Source: Octopus vulgaris (lineage: Eukaryota). From it: a stretch of DNA of 64,000 nt. The position numbers and the translations under genes were made by a program. Where the stretch lies: positions 52,328,001 through 52,392,000 of the forward strand of contig OX597830.1 of NCBI GenBank assembly GCA_951406725.2. Direction: 5' to 3'. Of the stretch, positions 62,700-64,000 are shown one piece after another (within the stretch, counting starts at the first letter, position 1; each line of letters begins with the position of its first letter). A model generated the notes under the pieces. That model did no database searches. It saw only the letters and a list, made by a program, of their open reading frames with translations, and was not told the origin of the DNA.

Positions 62700-64000
62700 T
62701 GCAGCTGTCGTAGGAGTTAAATTTGGCCAAAAGAAATTTTAATATTTGATTGTGGAACGGATAAAATCAGTACCGCGACCCCAAACCTGTGCATCAACGG
62801 TCTCACTATCTCTCCTATCCCACACAAAGATTACTACTGATGTAACTAATACCTGGGTATTAGGGGAAACATATCATACGAAGATACTGTGAATAAGGGT
62901 GGAGTGACTCGAGAATATTATGCCAACTTAGAAAAATATGGCAGTCGGAACTCTCTTCTTAGAAGACAATATTCCACAATGCATTTTCAGTACCACTGCT
63001 GCTGATTACAACATTCGGAATATGTGGCTGGTCTGTAGAAGAAATCCACTTCATAGACGTTAAAACCCGCAAGATATATATTTCTTTACTACCCACAAGG
63101 GGCTAAACACAGAGGGGGCAAACAAGGACAGACAAACAGATTAAGTCGATTACATCGACCCCAGTGCGTAACTGGTACTTAATTTATCGACCCCGAAAGG
63201 ATGAAAGGCAAAGTCGACCTCGGTGGAATTTGAACTCAGAACGTAACGGCAGACGAAATACGGCTACGCATTTCGCCCGCCGTGCTAACGTTTCTGCCAC
63301 CTCGCCGCCTTAAAACCCGCAAGATATAGACATCAACTGGAAATCGCCACAGAAACAGTGATATCGTCAGGCTCTAAAAAGAGATAAAGGAGTTAGATGC
63401 TTGTGATCAGGGTAGATAGCCTTCGAATATCGTATAGTCACTCTCAGACAGCATTTGCTAAACAACAGTAGCAAAGATAAATATATTAACTTGCCAAAAA
63501 GTGAAGAGAACGACATCCTGTGTGTGGGCAGTGTGTACCTCAGGAAGCACTCTCCCCTTGATGACCTTCCATATAACTCCAAACAGGCGGAATAACATAT
63601 CTCAGAGAAGAGCTGGATGTGAAACGCTCAGCAAATTAAAAAGCAATAATGTATGGGTATGTTTCCCGAGGACTTGAAGAAAATAGTAACATTGACATGA
63701 AGAGGAAGCCTTTCTTGAACTCGTGACCGCTACACTTCGAAGGCTACGTATTTGCTATCCAAGAACAGACGATTGCTACTAAATATATAATAAACAAAAC
63801 AGACAGTGAATCCCTTGGCGTTCCAAGATGCAACCGAAAATGTAATTTCTGTTATATTTCTGTGGAGAGCATTACACGTGATTAGCAGCTTCTATGCGAC
63901 ACGTCATTGTTGCAAAAATAATATACAGTGCCAGTCAGACTGTCCATGAATAAATATACAGAATCTCCTTGTTATTGAATACGCACACAAACATCAACAC
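62700..64000 (+). mobile_element. Decayed R4/Dong-like (RLE-type) non-LTR retrotransposon, continuing past the window end
   Basis: YLGI..EYYANLEKIWQSELS..HNAFSVP..TFGICGWSVEEIHFIDVKTRK, then FEGYVFAIQEQTIATKY..KCNFC..ESIT. Confidence 0.72.
63080..63310 (-). mobile_element. Full-length Meta-type SINE (A tail) inserted in the R4-like LINE, 18-bp TSD
   Basis: TSD taaaacccgcaagatata at 63061-63078 and 63311-63328. Confidence 0.92.

Overview
AT-rich, repeat-saturated animal (metazoan) genomic DNA with no recognisable host protein-coding exon, rRNA, true tRNA or CRISPR array. The SINE families and the very dense (TA)n/(CA)n/(TACA)n/(GATA)n/(AAT)n microsatellites look like an octopus (coleoid cephalopod) intron or intergenic region; this is from recall, not a database match. 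All credible coding sequence is transposon-derived. It comprises a young 5'-truncated CR1/L2-group LINE with an open ~800-codon EN-RT frame (10502-13015, minus), decayed R2-like, R4/Dong-like, Tx1/L1-like and RTE non-LTR elements, mariner, Tc1 and hAT remnants, and Helitrons (one carrying a PIF1-type helicase fragment). About 35 tRNA-derived SINE copies from at least four families are also present. Main points worth a second look: (1) about 12 hammerhead-ribozyme-like motifs, several with complete cores, in Penelope-type termini inside TA microsatellites; (2) two apparent LINE-SINE 3'-tail partnerships visible within the window, one with a covarying stem-loop and one linking a Meta-type SINE to a Tx1-like LINE; (3) several recent fold-back palindromes and a templated insertion; (4) a back-to-back pair of tRNA-headed units forming a ~400-bp inverted repeat. 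Coordinates were read by eye and element boundaries are approximate.
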